Under the pieces are notes generated by a model. That model saw only the letters and a list, made by a program, of their open reading frames with translations, was not told where the DNA came from and did not search any database. This document shows, one piece after another, positions 61,282-64,000 of a DNA stretch of 64,000 nucleotides. The stretch's first letter is position 1. Each line of letters begins with the position of its first letter. The position numbers and the translations under genes were made by a program. Source of the stretch: Eremomyces bilateralis CBS 781.70 (Eukaryota); NCBI GenBank assembly GCA_010015585.1, contig ML975149.1. The stretch is one strand, 5' to 3'.

Positions 61282-62114
61282 ATGTCTTCCTCGCCTCGAT
61301 CGTCCATCTCCTCCGCCTGCGACTCTACTAGCTCTTTCCGATCAGTCCCCGACTGGATGTCTGCTGGACTCTCCGAAGGGTGCATCGAGAGCCTCTCGGG
61401 CAGCAGTGGATGCCTGAGTAGATCTTACTCTTTCGATCTCGCAAGTGATGGCAGGCCAGTGCCACCGCTGCGCTCAGCAGCCATGGTTTCGGAAATGTTA
61501 GAGTTGAATAGTAACCCCTGGGAGTCGGCTGTCATTGCGGGACGTGGCACTGGTGGAGGGATAGAGGGTGCTGAGTGTTACCACCGTCAAAGCGAAGGTA
61601 GCTATGGTGGGCCAGGCGCGAACCAGTGGGCAAATGCGGATGCCGATATCGAAGAATGGGAATGCATCCCCAGTGGCGGATATCTTCCGACAGTCAGAGA
61701 ACAACCTTTCGGCTCGAGACACCTGGTTGTACGTGGTAGGATCATCACCTGAACCTCCATGCTAACAGTCAGTGTTAGCAAATCAAATCCTTCGGTCGAC
61801 TCATGGTTTCCAATGCACGAAATCCCACCCATCGACAACGACTCTTTTCAGCCGGCCGTGCTGTGCTTCAACATCCTTTGACCACCGCTGCGCAGGAAAC
61901 CGCATCTCGTGCAATCCAGGCCATGACCGACGCGAGCAGACTCCCCGTGTTTCCAATTCGATTTCGGCGCAGACATTCCGTGCTGCATTGTACCCGCATC
62001 GAAAACCCATCGCTTCGGAGTCTTTGTCGGCACTGTCGGGATGAGGAAGTGATCAGGGGAATACTGGAGGATGACAGTGGGTTTGCAACTGTAGGAAGAA
62101 GGGAAGTGTGTTGA
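61282..62114 (+). CDS. Hypothetical protein; structure of the 3' exon uncertain
   Basis: 156-aa ORF with an ATG in good context (CATCATG-like) and a probable GTACGT...CTAAC...CAG intron near 61749-61792; no family recognised. Confidence 0.35.
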
Positions 62115-62571
62115 TGGGATAAGAGAACGGTACGATATGGAAATGGTTTCCGTTGTTACGCTACTGGTCTAAATACATGGGGAATGCTGCTTCATGGTCA
62201 CTACAACCATAGAACGCTGGGCCATACCAACTAACGTGTCTGGTTGAAGCAGGTCCACGGGAGTCTGTTTCTCTCAAGAGATCGACAAAAAGCAAGATCC
62301 AGTGAGTGGGCATCAATTTTTGGTGTTCAAAAAAAGTTGTTACCTTAAAAATCCAAAGGAATTTATTCTAATCGAGATATTCGAAGTGGAAAATAGCGGT
62401 TGATATTATGATGTCGACCCCGAAGTCTCCCCTTATCCTCCGCGCTAACTGCTGGTGGTAAAGCGCCATGTTCATACAGTCTATGCCCCTGCCGCCAGAA
62501 TGCTTCGAATATCAACAAGCAACTCAACCTCTGTGCTACTTTCCAATTGCACCTTTAGCAGAATATAAGCC

Positions 62572-63253
62572 ATGATATTACGAACCGTTGCAATATCCCT
62601 CCTATCATGGGCCGCGCTCTCTTGTTGCGCAGCAGCACACGGAGGTCATGATCAAGCTCCTCTTCCCCCAGGTACGGATTGGGCAACACGGCATATGTCT
62701 GGTACGTCGTAACCTTCGAAATATAGCGCTGTGAGGATCCACCACTAATGAATCGTCACCTACTAAAGAGGAGCATCACATGAACGGCTTCGACGCCGCC
62801 GTCTTCTTCCACCTTCACGACTACGACAACACCGGCTCCTGGTCCCCGGACGATATCCGCCGCACCTACGGCCTCTTTGACCAATCGACCCGCAACATCC
62901 CCGAGACACGCAAGGCGCAGATCGCACAGAAAGTCCTCGAGCTGTACGATTTCAACCACGACGGCCTGATCTCCAAAGCGGAGTACCTCGCCGCCACGGG
63001 CAACGGCGTGACGCTGCCGGACTTTGGGACAGGGCCAGGCCATCACGGTGACTCGGAGTACGAGTACGAGATCCACCATTTCGAGAAATATCACGGCGAC
63101 GACGCGAAGGAGGAGGATTTGGTTCATCCGGAGGATATCGAACATTTCAAGGAGCATGATAAGCTGGATGCGGAGAACGCGGCGTGGGAGAAGCGGGAGC
63201 GGTTGGGGATCATGGAGGAGAATATCCCCCAGAAGTTCCGACGGAGGTCATGA
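62572..63253 (+). CDS. SSP120: Secretory-pathway EF-hand protein, Ssp120-like; 1 intron
   Basis: Signal peptide MILRTVAISLLSWAALSCCAAA, DWATRHM-EEHHM, EF-hands DYDNTGSWSPDD and DFNHDGLISKAE, GPGHHGDSEYEYEIHHFEKYH. Confidence 0.88.
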
Positions 63254-63396
63254 TTGATGAAGGCATGTTCTTGGTTTTTGTTCTAGAAATGATATGGACA
63301 TACCGGCTACCGTAATCACGAGGCATTCAATTTGTTGTGGGATAGCTCCGTAATACTCATTCCCAACTTAGCTATCCCGACATTGGGAAACTCAAC

Positions 63397-63834
63397 CTAA
63401 GCGGTCTTCGGCGGTCGAATCGTATCCTGATCCAACCCTTCCTCTCCTGGCGGCACATCAACCTCCGCTCCCTTCCCCCCATACCTCCCAATATCATCAG
63501 CATGGTGATCCGTTCTATGCTTCTCCGCTCGATCATGACCCTTTGCCGCCGGGTTGTTCGGATCAAAGTGCATCCTCTTGCTCTCCACCTGTACGGGGAG
63601 ACGGTCTCCCGTGCCTGTGACTACTTCTCCCGTCGTTCCGAGGTCTCTGTTTCGTCGCGGGATGTCCTCCGGGTTGTCGGCCCCGTCGCCGTGGTAGGCT
63701 CGGTGATTGGGATCTTGATCGGGACGGGGAACGGAGGAAATGGTGCGTGGTACGCTGGCATCGTCGGGGATGGTGGTGCCGGTTGGGGCCATGTCTTCGA
63801 GGCGGCCCCCTCTGTATGCGTTTCGGGCTGACAT
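63397..63834 (-). CDS. Small hydrophilic hypothetical protein (stress or conidiation-type)
   Basis: 145-aa Gly/Asp/Arg-rich ORF with CATCATG start, CT-rich leader and coding-like GC bias. Confidence 0.6.
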   Translation of the reverse strand: MSARNAYRGGRLEDMAPTGTTIPDDASVPRTISSVPRPDQDPNHRAYHGDGADNPEDIPRRNRDLGTTGEVVTGTGDRLPVQVESKRMHFDPNNPAAKGHDRAEKHRTDHHADDIGRYGGKGAEVDVPPGEEGLDQDTIRPPKTA

Positions 63835-64000
63835 GATGAGAAGGGCGTTGTGATCAGTGAGAACTCGATTCGGTTTGCTGTGAGAAGAAGAAATCTAGAG
63901 TGTAAGTGTTGTGTGAGTAGACGAAGTTAGCAGTAGATATGAGAGGACTAATATGGTATTCATGATTCCAGGCGTTCAGACGTCATTGAGAGTCAGACTC

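Overview
Intron-containing genomic DNA from a filamentous ascomycete (Pezizomycotina): GT-AG introns with CTRAC branch sites, and Zn2Cys6 and C2H2 fungal transcription factors. The window has two compartments. (1) Positions 1 to about 30 kb are an accessory/catabolic region with three small gene clusters: amino-acid permease + CE4 (PgdA/PuuE-like) deacetylase + amidase + Adr1-like C2H2 TF; two divergent SDRs + a pseudogenised C2H2/Zn2Cys6 TF + an alpha/beta hydrolase; and IctA-like family III CoA-transferase + Zn2Cys6 TF + acyl-CoA dehydrogenase (a candidate itaconate/methylsuccinate catabolic cluster). This half also holds a complete Mutator-like transposon (176-bp TIRs, 9-bp TSD) whose transposase is interrupted by a 99-bp TG...CA element with a 5-bp TSD, and a 404-bp palindromic pogo/Tc1-type MITE. 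(2) About 30 to 64 kb is core housekeeping sequence: ProRS, CCT1, Bud3-like RhoGEF, DCC1, YdfG-like SDR, BCP1, Rieske RIP1, Poa1-like macrodomain, histone-fold protein, CLC channel, MLH1 and Ssp120. It is interrupted at about 42-47 kb by an island of decayed genes that includes two tandem paralogues of a domain I do not recognise. All identifications come from motif recognition by eye; no database searches were run, and exon boundaries are predictions.
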